A stretch of 64,000 bases of DNA from positions 64,001 through 128,000 of IMG/VR virus record IMGVR_UViG_3300011226_000001. One strand, given 5' to 3'. Below are positions 1-10,374 of the stretch, one piece after another. The position numbers and the translations under genes are program-made. A model generated the notes under the pieces. It searched no databases. It was not told where the DNA came from and saw nothing but the letters and a program-made list of their open reading frames with translations. The stretch comes from a virus. Its lineage: Duplodnaviria; Caudoviricetes. The number at the start of each line of letters is the position of its first letter. Within the stretch, counting starts at the first letter, position 1.

Positions 1-18
1 TTTAGCAGCTTTAGCCAT
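1..18 (-). CDS. 5' end of a gene running off the window (MAKAAK...)
   Basis: ATG at 18-16, AGGA SD upstream, two copies of ATCTGTAAAT at 65-74 and 122-131. Confidence 0.55.
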
Positions 19-167
19 GATTTGTTTTTCCTGTTTGATTAGAAGCGACGTTGCTTCAATTAAGATTTACAGATTTCGAGAGACAGGCAGCGAGAACATT
101 TTATCTCGCTGCGTACTTAATATTTACAGATTTCAGAAAGTCAGTTAAAAGTCTTCGTCAGACTTTA

Positions 168-722
168 TTACTTTTTTGCTTTCTTTACCAGCTTGGCTGG
201 CTTACCGCCTTTTTCAGCTTTGTCAGCTTTCTTGGCTTTAACCGGAGCGGCAGTGCCGTACTTTTTAGCAGCGGCAGTTTCGTTCACGGTCGGACGAACG
301 GTGTACCCTGGCAGCGCGGTGTTGATCTGAACAACTTCGCCGGTTTCAACAGAAGTAGCGTGGATGAAGTTACCAACGTACTTAACAGTGAAGCCTTTGT
401 ACTCACGAATCGGAGCAGAGATCAGAGCAGTAACGCTACCGTGCGTACCGGCTTCACCCAGAACAGACAGAATCTGGTTCGGACCGAAAGTAGAAACGAT
501 CTGAGCAGAAGAACCGTGACCACGTTTGTGACGAATAGTTACGCTGTTGTCGGTGCGGTCAGTGATAAAACCAATCAGCTCAACGGCGTGGACGCTTTCG
601 ATCAGGATGTCGTGCGGCAGTTCAGCAGGCTTAACTTTAGAGGTGCTGATAGAACCAGATTTCTTAGCGATACGCTGTGCCAGAGTAGGTACCAGTGAAT
701 TGCTCTTTGTTGCTTTAGCCAT
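168..722 (-). CDS. hypothetical basic protein with Lys/Ala-rich C-terminal tail
   Basis: 184 aa ORF, GGAG SD, tail KAKKADKAEKGGKPAKLVKKAKK. Confidence 0.8.
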   Translation of the reverse strand: MAKATKSNSLVPTLAQRIAKKSGSISTSKVKPAELPHDILIESVHAVELIGFITDRTDNSVTIRHKRGHGSSAQIVSTFGPNQILSVLGEAGTHGSVTALISAPIREYKGFTVKYVGNFIHATSVETGEVVQINTALPGYTVRPTVNETAAAKKYGTAAPVKAKKADKAEKGGKPAKLVKKAKK

Positions 723-817
723 TGTAATGCTCCGGGATTTATAAGTGTGAGCTAGTTGCTCGGTTCGAACTTCAATTAGTGTTTACAGTTTCGATTACAG
801 GTAACTTTTACAGATTT

Positions 818-1645
818 CTAAAAGCTATGATTAATCAAATCTAAACAAATCGTGAGAAGCGACTCGCAGAATAATTCTTCGTACTCGTCATCTTCTTCCA
901 GTGCTTCGATATCATCGACAACTGCAACACGCAGCCAGTCGAATGAGTAGCAGATGTTACGCGCACCACTGCCCATGTGAGCCGCTTTCTTATGCGCTTC
1001 CCACACATGCTTCAACATAGTGCGAGACACTTCGAACTGCGGGTCTTTCAAGAACAGGTTAACGTTCGCTTCGATGTAGGCTTTAAGCGCTTCACGCAGC
1101 GTTTCACCCTTAGGTGTATCTGCGTTAATGGCAGAGCAGTACATTGCGACAGAGCGATACAGCGAAGGCTGTTTAATCACGGTGTCAATCTTGTTCTGCT
1201 CGGCGAGTGCGCGAGCAACCTTGTTCGTTTCACGGTTTACAGTACCGTGTGCGAGTTGCATAACGACATTGTGGTAGTGACTAACACCAGCACACATTAT
1301 CATATGCAGAGCAAACGGAAGCGGGTTCGCTGCTTCGTGCTTACTCTTTACAGATTCGAGTTCAGCTTTCACGGTGCGAAGTTCTTGTGTCTGCTCATTG
1401 CAGAATCCAACAAGTTCTTTGATACGCTCGTCACGTAAAGCAATGGTATCGGTGTGCAGACGGTCTTGACGTTGAAGTGCAACACGCAGGATAGTGTTAC
1501 TGCGTGTCTCATTCTCTAAAACGTTTTCCACGTCTTTCTTATCGCCAACAGCCTCCGCCAGTTCGGCAGTAAGCTCACGAATTTTATCGTCACGGCTACT
1601 AAGCATCTGCGCGATGTTAGCTCCGTGGTCTACTTCTTGTGTCAT
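818..1645 (-). CDS. hypothetical protein, N-terminal coiled coil
   Basis: 275 aa ORF with heptad-like N-terminal third. Confidence 0.75.
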   Translation of the reverse strand: MTQEVDHGANIAQMLSSRDDKIRELTAELAEAVGDKKDVENVLENETRSNTILRVALQRQDRLHTDTIALRDERIKELVGFCNEQTQELRTVKAELESVKSKHEAANPLPFALHMIMCAGVSHYHNVVMQLAHGTVNRETNKVARALAEQNKIDTVIKQPSLYRSVAMYCSAINADTPKGETLREALKAYIEANVNLFLKDPQFEVSRTMLKHVWEAHKKAAHMGSGARNICYSFDWLRVAVVDDIEALEEDDEYEELFCESLLTICLDLINHSF

Positions 1646-1702
1646 GTTTACAGATCCCCAGGAAAAGTAAGCGGCCCTTTCGAGCCGCTCAATCAGACGT
1701 TA

Positions 1703-4700
1703 TTACTCGTCTTCGCCGTCTTCGTCTTCGTTCTCTTCGGATTCTTCTTCCTGAGGAGAACACAGTACCAGAACAGTCAAGTCACCGCCATTGTCGAACG
1801 TTGCAGCAGCCAGACCACCAGACAGAATAGACAGCGGCAGGTCGCGGGTGTCGAGAGCACTTGCTACTTCGATCACGTCTTCGGCATCGTCGAAGTTTGC
1901 AGCGTCAGCGGCAGAGTAAGACTGTACGCCTTCCATAGTGCGCAGCGCGGTCAGTGCATCGTACAGGCGGTCGTTGTTCAGCAGTGCTGCGGATTCCAGA
2001 GTGAAGCCTGCGTACACTTTGATACCTTCAACGGTACCGGCCAGAGCGATAACACGATTAACAGCGGCTTGCACCAGCAGAGAAACATCGGAGTCACCCC
2101 AGAAGCCAGGGACAGCAACGTTCATCACAGTGGTGTGCAGCGCGACGTGTGCAGTGTCAACCTGAACAGGACGAACGCGAGACTTAGCGTTGTACAGGCT
2201 TGCAATCGGCAGATGGTCACCCTGCATTTCTGCGAACTGATCTTCGTCGAGATAACCCAGCTCACTCGCTTGCTGCATTTCTTCGTCGTCGATGAAGTCA
2301 CCAACTACGAGACCCGCTTCGCTTGGGTCCATGCCTTCTTCGATACGGCCGGCGTACAGAGAAGCAGAGATTTCTTCTTCCAGAGTTTGCTCAAGGCTTT
2401 CAGCCCAGGCAGCAACGTCGAACGTTTTCGGGTCTGCCATGAAGCGCGTAGTGCTGGTGCGCTCAATGATATCCAGCAGAGACTGCGCTGGCAGGTGCAT
2501 CGCGCCAGGCGCTTTACCAGCTTTGCCCAGGTTGAACGGGTAGCGGTAGTTGAAGCCGTTAATGTCAGACAGTTCGCTTTCAATCGGCGAGTACGTGTTG
2601 CCGTCGGTCAGAGTGAAGTTGATGATCAGCGTCTGGTCCATATCGACAGTCAGCATCGGGCCAACGCGATTTGTGGTGTCAACAGTTTTGACGAATTTCA
2701 GATGATCGTTTTCAGCAACAGCACTAACGTCTGCTTCTTCTGCTTCGTCTTCGCTCTCTTCGGCGTCTTCTTCTTCGTCTTCATCCTGATCGGCAACTTC
2801 GTCGTCGTTCAGGAACGCAGGGAGTACGGCCAGCAGCGCGTCAACAAAGTCCAGGTCTTCACCGTCTGCAACTTCGGACAGGTCGATACCGTAGTTAGTT
2901 GCGATTTCTTCGACAGCAGCAAAGTCGTCTTCGCTACCACCGTTGAGGATCGCTTCGATCATGTCGTCAACAGTTTCGCTTTCGTCAACGAGGATGCCCA
3001 GGCTTTCAGCTACGTGCTGCACGGTCGCTTCGTCGTACTGAGACAGCAGAGCGCGGAGTTCGTCTTCGTTAGAAGTCACGTCAGTGTCTTCTTCAACAGC
3101 GATAGGGCTGGTCTGGCTTTGAATGCGGGTGAACGCTTTCATTACCTGAACGATAGACATTGCAGATACATCTTCGCCCATCGCTTCAACAGCGGCGGCA
3201 CGTTGTTCAGCAGTCAGCACACCGCCGGTGAACTGGAAGTAGTCAAGCGGATCAGTTACTGCATCGATCTGGTCTTGCACTTCGTCGGTTTCTTCTTCGG
3301 ACTCTTCCTCTTCTTCGGAGTCTTCATCTTCCTCCTCAGAATCGTCTTCGTCCTCTTCTTCTTCGCCGTCTTCTTCTTCGTCGGCGTCGTCTTCTTCTTC
3401 GTCTTCATCAGACGGCAGAGCTGCCAGCATGTTCGGGCAGTCGATTTCGTGCTCTTGCAGAGCGCCAACGAAGGTGTTCAGAGTTTCGATCATCTCTTCT
3501 TCGGTCGCACCTTCAACCAGCTCCAGCAGTTTGGCAGTCAGAGTCTCGACAGTATCAGACTTCATGACTTTCAGATCCTGGGTGCGAACAAGAATTTTCA
3601 GACCGGTACGATCCAGTTCTTCGGAGACCAGAACAGAAGCGAGGAATTGAACAGCGTCGAAGCCTTCGCTTTCTTCGTCGTCTTCTTCTTCGTCTTCTGC
3701 GTCATCATCGCTCTGACCGGCATCGCCTTTTTCCAGCCAGATTGCTTGCTCGGTGTCGAACGACTCACGAATACCGTCTTCGTTCATTGCAGTCAGATCA
3801 TAACCAATCGCTTCGAGCGCTTCGGTCATTTGCTCAACAGACAGCGTTTCAGCTTTGTAGCCGAACAGGTCAGTGCCGGTCGCAACTTCTTCTTCGTCAC
3901 CCGCTTCCTGCTGATCAACAACTTCGTCTTCTGCGTCGAAGTCTTCGCTCAGGTTTACAGGCGTTGCGTTGGTAGGTTGTTTCACGTTCAGTTCTCCGTT
4001 ATTTGGAATTGCAGCAACGATCTCGCTGCTAATAGTTTGCATGATGAAAGTACGCACAGCACCAGACAGCACAGTAACAGGGTTAGCTGGCAACGCGCTG
4101 TAGTCAATTACCGCTTTATCGAGAGCACCATCAGTTTCATCAATGCTTGTGATATTTACAGTTTGCAGAGCTTCCACCTGAGCGGCGAGTGCCTGAATGT
4201 AAGTACCTGCTTTGCTTTCTTCAACAATCGAGATTGAGTGAATCCCAAACTCGGCTGCCAAGTCTGACAGATCGCTTTCGCCTGCACTAAACAGTGCGAG
4301 AGACAGACTACCGTGCATCTCAGATACTGCTTTATTTACAGTATATGAAACGATGACAGCATCACCTTCACCCACTTTGATGCGCTCGTCAATGCGAGTC
4401 GGCACACCGTTGTTAGGGTGCAGGATGTAGTACGCGCTGTTCTGATCGGTAGACTGACCAGAGGCACGTTCGATCAGGCTCGGCAGACGATCCATTACCT
4501 TGCCTTCAATCTGCTTTTCGTGCAGTTGCTCGTCGGCGCTCATATACGAGAAGCGACCATGAGCATTCAGTGAAGTCAGGACGACGATTGTGCATTTGTT
4601 CACACGACCGCTTTCGGCAGAATTAGCACGACGCTGTTCGTCGCTGATCTGCTTTTGTGTTTCGGAACCAAATGATGATGCAGCGCCCAGATTGTTATTT

Positions 4701-4705
4701 GACAT
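1703..4705 (-). CDS. large highly acidic multidomain protein with repeated small helical modules
   Basis: 1000 aa ORF, long D/E tracts, GAGGAG SD in hairpin, hairpin terminator-like element downstream. Confidence 0.85.
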   Translation of the reverse strand: MSNNNLGAASSFGSETQKQISDEQRRANSAESGRVNKCTIVVLTSLNAHGRFSYMSADEQLHEKQIEGKVMDRLPSLIERASGQSTDQNSAYYILHPNNGVPTRIDERIKVGEGDAVIVSYTVNKAVSEMHGSLSLALFSAGESDLSDLAAEFGIHSISIVEESKAGTYIQALAAQVEALQTVNITSIDETDGALDKAVIDYSALPANPVTVLSGAVRTFIMQTISSEIVAAIPNNGELNVKQPTNATPVNLSEDFDAEDEVVDQQEAGDEEEVATGTDLFGYKAETLSVEQMTEALEAIGYDLTAMNEDGIRESFDTEQAIWLEKGDAGQSDDDAEDEEEDDEESEGFDAVQFLASVLVSEELDRTGLKILVRTQDLKVMKSDTVETLTAKLLELVEGATEEEMIETLNTFVGALQEHEIDCPNMLAALPSDEDEEEDDADEEEDGEEEEDEDDSEEEDEDSEEEEESEEETDEVQDQIDAVTDPLDYFQFTGGVLTAEQRAAAVEAMGEDVSAMSIVQVMKAFTRIQSQTSPIAVEEDTDVTSNEDELRALLSQYDEATVQHVAESLGILVDESETVDDMIEAILNGGSEDDFAAVEEIATNYGIDLSEVADGEDLDFVDALLAVLPAFLNDDEVADQDEDEEEDAEESEDEAEEADVSAVAENDHLKFVKTVDTTNRVGPMLTVDMDQTLIINFTLTDGNTYSPIESELSDINGFNYRYPFNLGKAGKAPGAMHLPAQSLLDIIERTSTTRFMADPKTFDVAAWAESLEQTLEEEISASLYAGRIEEGMDPSEAGLVVGDFIDDEEMQQASELGYLDEDQFAEMQGDHLPIASLYNAKSRVRPVQVDTAHVALHTTVMNVAVPGFWGDSDVSLLVQAAVNRVIALAGTVEGIKVYAGFTLESAALLNNDRLYDALTALRTMEGVQSYSAADAANFDDAEDVIEVASALDTRDLPLSILSGGLAAATFDNGGDLTVLVLCSPQEEESEENEDEDGEDE

Positions 4706-4732
4706 TTTGCGTTATCTCCTCAGATAAGTGGT

Positions 4733-6013
4733 TTACAGAGACCAGACGCGGCTTGCGTTTTTACGGTCGTATGTAAGGATAGACTTCTTCAAACTAGCAT
4801 TAACAGTATTGACGGTCGTGAATCCCCACGTAGTGAGTATCTTATTCACATCGTCAAGCCCAGACGACACTGACATGTACGTGGTGCGGTCCATGATAGT
4901 GCCACAATCGACAGCAGCAAACAGCGCTTTCGCAGCAGCGAACTTCTTCGCAGCTTTGTGGTTTTCTTTCTTTTCGAACTTGTCGAAGTCGTCCATGAAC
5001 TCTTTGCGCTCTTTGAAGAACGCCTCAGCTTTCTCTAACTTCTCCGCTTGTTCGGGTTTGAGAGTGCGCGTTGTCTTGCCATACTTCGATACGATCTCGT
5101 TCCAGTGTTTCGCTCGCTCGTTCAGTTCAGCACGTTTGTCCAGCAGCTCTTGATACTCAGGTGAGCGGCGGTCTGCGTACTTCTCGTCACTAAGCAGCGT
5201 CAGATACGGGTCGTCGTCGATTGCTTGCAACTCACGGAAGTTTTCAATTGCACTTCCTTCTTCCCAGTAGACAATGCCCATGACCATAGCGTACATGCTT
5301 TTGCCACGCAGCGCTTTCGACTTGAACTCTTTCGGTGCAGCTTTGAACTCAGGTCGTAACGCTACCTGCGCAAACGGCATCGGATAACCGAGCGGGCTTA
5401 TCATGAATGCGTCGCACATCGTGAACGTTGCTTTTTCATGATTCGTGTTCTGGTAGATGAACACGACAGGCACACCTTCAGGAACTTTCAGTTTCTTCGA
5501 GTAGCCTTCTTCTTTCAGATGAATGAAAGATTGCATGTTGAGCATGTTCGCAGTGTACGCAGCGGGCATCAGCCAGCGACTACCGGCGAAGCTATGACGA
5601 TGCTTGCGGTGATATTCGTTAATCAGTTTGCGGATATACTTGATACCCACACCCTTCTTATCGTTCTCACGCGAGTAGTCTTTCAGGTACACTGCGATAT
5701 CGTGTTGCTTCGGCACACCAAGGCCAAGCTCAAACAACGCAGCGAGACTGTCAGACGAACTCTTTGTTGCAGAGTCACGCACATCACGCACAAGGCGCTG
5801 CACAGTCGCAGAATGAATACGCGGTACGAACGCAGTTGTTATCGTACCACTGCGACGTTGCTCACCACGGTTCGTTACAGTGTGGCGAATCTCAATCGCG
5901 TGTTTCGACTTCTTCAAATAATCGGGGCAGTCAAGTCTCACCAAATATTTAGACTCAGCCACTGACAAGAGCAATTGCTTCTCGTCGTGGCTGAATACAT
6001 GATCATAAAACAT
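4733..6013 (-). CDS. hypothetical protein
   Basis: 426 aa ORF packed in operon. Confidence 0.75.
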   Translation of the reverse strand: MFYDHVFSHDEKQLLLSVAESKYLVRLDCPDYLKKSKHAIEIRHTVTNRGEQRRSGTITTAFVPRIHSATVQRLVRDVRDSATKSSSDSLAALFELGLGVPKQHDIAVYLKDYSRENDKKGVGIKYIRKLINEYHRKHRHSFAGSRWLMPAAYTANMLNMQSFIHLKEEGYSKKLKVPEGVPVVFIYQNTNHEKATFTMCDAFMISPLGYPMPFAQVALRPEFKAAPKEFKSKALRGKSMYAMVMGIVYWEEGSAIENFRELQAIDDDPYLTLLSDEKYADRRSPEYQELLDKRAELNERAKHWNEIVSKYGKTTRTLKPEQAEKLEKAEAFFKERKEFMDDFDKFEKKENHKAAKKFAAAKALFAAVDCGTIMDRTTYMSVSSGLDDVNKILTTWGFTTVNTVNASLKKSILTYDRKNASRVWSL

Positions 6014-6464
6014 TGTATCCCTCTACTGTTTTCGCATCAGTCACAAACTGCGGGTAACCATCTGCTTCAACTGTTTTGAACAGGGAGTCGATGGCCGACT
6101 GGCTCAATGCGTTTTTCTGCACATGCTCCCAAGGAATCGCTACAACCTCGTCGCCAGCATAATCACTAGCAGAAGTATGGGGCATAATTAGTAAACCCAG
6201 CGATATCTTGTGCATTCTACAGAACGCATTAAGTTCTTTTACAGTTTTGTGCAACGCAGCTTGGTTCGCTGCATTTGCTTTGCCAGTGTCTGCGATAGAC
6301 GTCAGGTAATTATAGTTAGCAATGTTCAACAGCATTTGCTGACTGATAACAGTAGGGTCAACGCCGATAGTACCAAGAATAAATTCAGCTATCAGCTTTT
6401 GTGCTTCTTCTTGCGATGACGGCCTGTAGCCGCCGCGACTAATTACTACTTTTGACTTTTTCAT
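6003..6464 (-). CDS. hypothetical protein
   Basis: start re-called at MKKSKV (ATGA overlap with upstream stop, GGAG SD). Confidence 0.7.
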   Translation of the reverse strand: MKKSKVVISRGGYRPSSQEEAQKLIAEFILGTIGVDPTVISQQMLLNIANYNYLTSIADTGKANAANQAALHKTVKELNAFCRMHKISLGLLIMPHTSASDYAGDEVVAIPWEHVQKNALSQSAIDSLFKTVEADGYPQFVTDAKTVEGYNVL

Positions 6465-6844
6465 GATGGCTCCCGAAGATTTGGTGCATAGCTGTTCCAC
6501 ACATTTTCGACGAGTGCTTGCCATTCAGTTTCTGACAAATGCTTGCCCGTGAGCTTGTGGTACTCACGAAAGAATTTCTTAGCGGGCAGTTTACTATCGG
6601 TGGCCCGTGATACATACAGTGCAGCAAGCGGTGGTCTGCCATGCGATATATCGACACGCATGGTTTCGCGCACTAATCCCCACAGCGCATCGTACTGCGC
6701 ACTACTAATCACGGACAGTTGAACGCCGAACACAATCGGCGCTAAGTCAGAGTAGAACACGTGGGTCTTCAATACTGCGGCTGTTAACAGCCGCGCGTAG
6801 AGTTGAGCAAACATGCCTGACAAAAGGATTTCGTTATTTGTCAT
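6461..6844 (-). CDS. hypothetical protein, possible winged-helix fold (GRPPLAALYV motif)
   Basis: 127 aa ORF, ATGA coupling at both ends. Confidence 0.65.
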   Translation of the reverse strand: MTNNEILLSGMFAQLYARLLTAAVLKTHVFYSDLAPIVFGVQLSVISSAQYDALWGLVRETMRVDISHGRPPLAALYVSRATDSKLPAKKFFREYHKLTGKHLSETEWQALVENVWNSYAPNLREPS

Positions 6845-8076
6845 ACAGCAGCATCCAGTTCAGAGTTAGTACCCAAGGTCAGGTTGAAGGTGTCTTGCAC
6901 GTTGGCATGTGCCATTACGCATTCGCTACCGTCTTTCTCGATGAAGACAGGGCCGGTCATGTCACACGCGACGAACATCAGTTCAACACCGTTCGGTTTA
7001 TAGCAGAGCAGACCACGCTTCACATCAGCAGGTGCAATGCCCAGCTTCTTGGCGATGATTGCTTTCGATTCTTTTATGTGCGCTTTCGCTGCGGCCATTT
7101 CTTTCTTAGGCGGCTTAATGAGTTTGATAGTCATTTTGCGCACACGCTTGGTCTGTTCTTTCTCAGAAGCGTAGGTCGGCACAGCAAGTTTGCGCTTCGC
7201 TTTCTTCTCTTTCACTTTCGGGTTCTCAATAGATTTGTCGAGTGACAGCTTGAGATTACCCAGCAGCGTTTGCATCGCAACGTCGTAGAATTTCACGTCG
7301 AGGTCAAGCGCACTCAGTACGCGCTCAATCTGCGCTTTGTTCAGCGTCAACGCACCGTCTTGAATCAGACGTTTCAGCGCGATAGGCATCTGCTTGATGA
7401 ACGTGTCTTGCGTCACGGTCGCGTTCAGTTTGTTCATGGCAGATTGTGCAGCTTTGCGTCCCATGTGCTTAATCACACCCCTACCGCCATGCTTCTTCAC
7501 ATCTTTCCAGTCCATGTCAAACGCTTCGCTCAACATCTTGCGACGGTCTTTCGTAGTCGCGTCGGCGATGGTTGCGTCGATGATGCCCGCCAGTTCAGCT
7601 TTGCGATCAACTTTATCAGACGGCAGCATGTCGATTTCGTCTTTAGACGCGGCGACTTCTGCTTTACGCTCTTTCTTAGAGCGAGTGTCTTTGTTGCGTT
7701 CGCGTGTCGCTTTCACACCGCCTTTCTGCTTCGCAGCTTTCACAGCAGCAGGCTTGCCTGTCTCAGGGTCGATATACACCAAAGAGCTAAAGTCAGGCTT
7801 GATTGCGTCAAGGTCGATTTCGTTGTTACGCAGATCTTTTTGCAGGCGCTTGTTCAGCTTCACGCTGATACCGTCAATCAGAACGTGCTCAGTTTTCGCA
7901 TACGGCGACTCAATCTCTTTCAGAGTTTTGCCAGCAAGCACAATACGCTTCACTGGAATCTGCGGACCTTTAGCGTCGGTGCTATAACCATTAGCGTTCA
8001 CTTTGTTGATGAAAGTGATAGTACCGTCCAGACGACGAACACGGGCATTCAACAGGTTTGCATTTGCGTTTGACAT
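6841..8076 (-). CDS. basic protein sharing N- and C-terminal domains with 8163..9761
   Basis: start MSNANAN after GAGG-loop SD hairpin; Lys-rich. Confidence 0.8.
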   Translation of the reverse strand: MSNANANLLNARVRRLDGTITFINKVNANGYSTDAKGPQIPVKRIVLAGKTLKEIESPYAKTEHVLIDGISVKLNKRLQKDLRNNEIDLDAIKPDFSSLVYIDPETGKPAAVKAAKQKGGVKATRERNKDTRSKKERKAEVAASKDEIDMLPSDKVDRKAELAGIIDATIADATTKDRRKMLSEAFDMDWKDVKKHGGRGVIKHMGRKAAQSAMNKLNATVTQDTFIKQMPIALKRLIQDGALTLNKAQIERVLSALDLDVKFYDVAMQTLLGNLKLSLDKSIENPKVKEKKAKRKLAVPTYASEKEQTKRVRKMTIKLIKPPKKEMAAAKAHIKESKAIIAKKLGIAPADVKRGLLCYKPNGVELMFVACDMTGPVFIEKDGSECVMAHANVQDTFNLTLGTNSELDAAV

Positions 8077-8162
8077 AGTGTGATTCCTCAATCAGCTTAG
8101 TTGTCAGATATGCGGCTCTGTATGAACCGCATCTTGTTTCAGTGTTACAGTGTTACGACAGA

Positions 8163-9761
8163 TTACTTCAGGAGCTTACGCAGCTGGGCAGCAGTCATTT
8201 TGTCTGCTTTGCGCGGCGTAGTCAGACCCGCTTCGACAGCGCGGTCACGCAGTTCGTCTTCGGTCAGGTCTTCGAGGTCTTCGGTTGGTGCGTCGTCAAA
8301 TTCGAAGTCTTCTTCGTCTTCTTCTTCCTCACCGTCTTCGTCTTCGAAGTCAACGTTGTTATCGTCTTCTTCTTCGCCGTCTTCTTCGGCGTCTTCTTCG
8401 CTTTCGCCACTATCGATCACAGGGCTAAAGTCGGTCAGCGTTTTGATATCAGCTTTGCTGTAGACCAGAACGTTGTCGTCTTCGTCTTCTGCGTCAACGT
8501 CGATTACCAGCAGCCCGCCTTTGCTATCGCAGCCCAGGTAAGCAAAAGTCGTATCGCCGTCAGTCAGCATCAGGCCAGGGGCAAGCGCTTCTTCGTCTAC
8601 ACCGAAACGTTCGGCGAGTGCAGCGTGATACTTCGCGGTCACTTTCTTGTTGACCAGTTCGAGTTGTTCCGCTTCGACAGCAACGAACTCGTACTCTTGC
8701 GCATCACCCTCTTCTTCTTCGCCGTCTTCTTCTTCGGCGTCTTCTTCTTCGGCGTCTTCTTCTTCGACTTCTTCCTCTTCTTCTTCTTCGACTTCTTCCT
8801 CTTCTTCTTCGACTTCTTCTTCTTCGCTTTCATCAGCGACGATTTCGAAGTCGGACAGCTTGTCGGCGCCGAATGATTTGAAGCCGTCAGTGTCTGCGCT
8901 ATACATCAGCGCTTTACCTGCGTGTTTCGCAGATTCACCCACGAACACGAACTCAGCATCACCGCTAGTCAATACAGTACCCGGCAACAGGTCGTTCGCA
9001 TCGTCGAGGTCGAACGCAGCTTTGATTGCTTTCGCCAGCACTTTGCCAATCTTCTTAGACGCGAGCTTGGCGGCACGTTTCGCAACAGCTTCGTCCAGCT
9101 CAGGAGCAACAGCAGTGTCTTTCACAGGTTTCGCGTATTGCAGGCTCAACGTGATCTGCATTGTGTTGTTCTCTTCGGCGTATTCAGCACCGTAAGCAAC
9201 AGACACAGCGTTAGCGATCGGCGTTTTGTTGTCTGCGCACACTTTCGCAATTTCGCTGTTTTCAAGCAGCGCCACCAGACGTTTTGCCACAGTATCGGTC
9301 AGCGCTTCGTCTACAGTTTCGATTTCAACTGCGGGTTTAGCTTTGCCGCCTTTGATGATAGCGTGTGCCAGATTCTGATAATCTTCGGACTGTTCTTCGG
9401 AAGATTTACGACGAACTTTCGGTTCTTTCTCTTTCGATACTTTGCCAGCAGTCTTCTTACCAGAAGTCTTAGGCGCTTTCTCTTTCACTGCGTCTTTCTT
9501 GCCGGTAGCTTTCTTGCCGGTAGCTTTCGCTTCTTTCAGCTTAACGTAACCTTCGCCTGTGTCTTCGAGCTGGCTCATGTTCATACGTTCGATCTCACGG
9601 AAGTGAGAACCCTCTTTGATAACGCAGCGGGTTGCGATACGTTTGCTCTGACCTTTCACCTTGTAGCCGGACGCGATAGCATCTTCGATTTTAGATTTGG
9701 TGCCGTTCAGCAGGATGATAGTTTTGCCAACCAGGTTAGAGTTAGTTTCGATACGTGCCAT
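8163..9761 (-). CDS. acidic protein with duplicated beta domain and C-terminal HEH/Rho-N-like module
   Basis: 532 aa ORF directly after early promoter and SD hairpin; poly-E tracts. Confidence 0.85.
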   Translation of the reverse strand: MARIETNSNLVGKTIILLNGTKSKIEDAIASGYKVKGQSKRIATRCVIKEGSHFREIERMNMSQLEDTGEGYVKLKEAKATGKKATGKKDAVKEKAPKTSGKKTAGKVSKEKEPKVRRKSSEEQSEDYQNLAHAIIKGGKAKPAVEIETVDEALTDTVAKRLVALLENSEIAKVCADNKTPIANAVSVAYGAEYAEENNTMQITLSLQYAKPVKDTAVAPELDEAVAKRAAKLASKKIGKVLAKAIKAAFDLDDANDLLPGTVLTSGDAEFVFVGESAKHAGKALMYSADTDGFKSFGADKLSDFEIVADESEEEEVEEEEEEVEEEEEEEVEEEDAEEEDAEEEDGEEEEGDAQEYEFVAVEAEQLELVNKKVTAKYHAALAERFGVDEEALAPGLMLTDGDTTFAYLGCDSKGGLLVIDVDAEDEDDNVLVYSKADIKTLTDFSPVIDSGESEEDAEEDGEEEDDNNVDFEDEDGEEEEDEEDFEFDDAPTEDLEDLTEDELRDRAVEAGLTTPRKADKMTAAQLRKLLK

Positions 9762-9818
9762 GATTAATACTCCTCAGTATATGTGTTTTGTATGCGACGC
9801 ACTATTGCGTCTGTATCT

Positions 9819-9872
9819 ATTATAGCATAGGTCGCTTTCAGATAGCAACCACGATTTTGTCCAGATTTCTGC
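9819..9872 (-). promoter_or_regulatory. phage early promoter: CTGGACAAAAT box, TTGCTA, TG-extended TATAAT
   Basis: - strand CTGGACAAAAT (9864-9854), TTGCTA (9848-9843), TATGC-TATAAT (9829-9819). Confidence 0.8.
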
Positions 9873-9924
9873 ATACTTCGCAGATAGCAGGGCAGCTATA
9901 TTTCACTACCCTGCTCGTTATTGC

Positions 9925-10374
9925 TTAGTGAGTCTCGCCTCTCATGATAGCTCGCACAAGTGACGCTCTATCGTCGAAGCCCTCTTCGTCAGGCTGTAAG
10001 AAGTCGTTACGCTGCGCGAAACCTTGTAGCTCAGGCAACGTCCACGTATCATACTCAGACGTGGGCTCGTCGTTCGGTACAACACGTTTCGCGCTCAGTG
10101 TCGTCCAGTTCTTTGCCACTTCATACGACATGAAGATAAACATGCCAGCGTCATATCGTGCCATCAACCAGTCAATTTGCTGTAGCTCAACGACAAGCTG
10201 TTCGACATAACTTTCAGGCAGCAGACGCGAATGCCCAGATATGCGGCGTATCGCGGTGTCTGACATTTTGAAGCGCGGTAGCGTGTGCTCGTGCGACTTC
10301 TCATGAGAATAAAGAGAAACGTTTTCGATGATCATTGCAGCAGTTTCGGCTGCGGGACGAATTGAAGAGGTCAT
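9925..10374 (-). CDS. hypothetical protein with C-terminal HEH-like module
   Basis: 149 aa ORF, TAATG coupling. Confidence 0.7.
   Translation of the reverse strand: MTSSIRPAAETAAMIIENVSLYSHEKSHEHTLPRFKMSDTAIRRISGHSRLLPESYVEQLVVELQQIDWLMARYDAGMFIFMSYEVAKNWTTLSAKRVVPNDEPTSEYDTWTLPELQGFAQRNDFLQPDEEGFDDRASLVRAIMRGETH

Noticed and set aside
1625-4237. 870 aa + strand ORF and other long + strand ORFs (e.g. 8142..8876, 8922..9767, 7270..8073)
   Set aside because: Antisense shadows of codon-biased acidic genes (GAA/GAC read as Phe/Val runs); no RBS or promoter support
8710-8830. TCTTCTTC tandem repeats (also 3290-3410, 51080-51550)
   Set aside because: Explained by poly-Glu/Asp/Lys coding tracts
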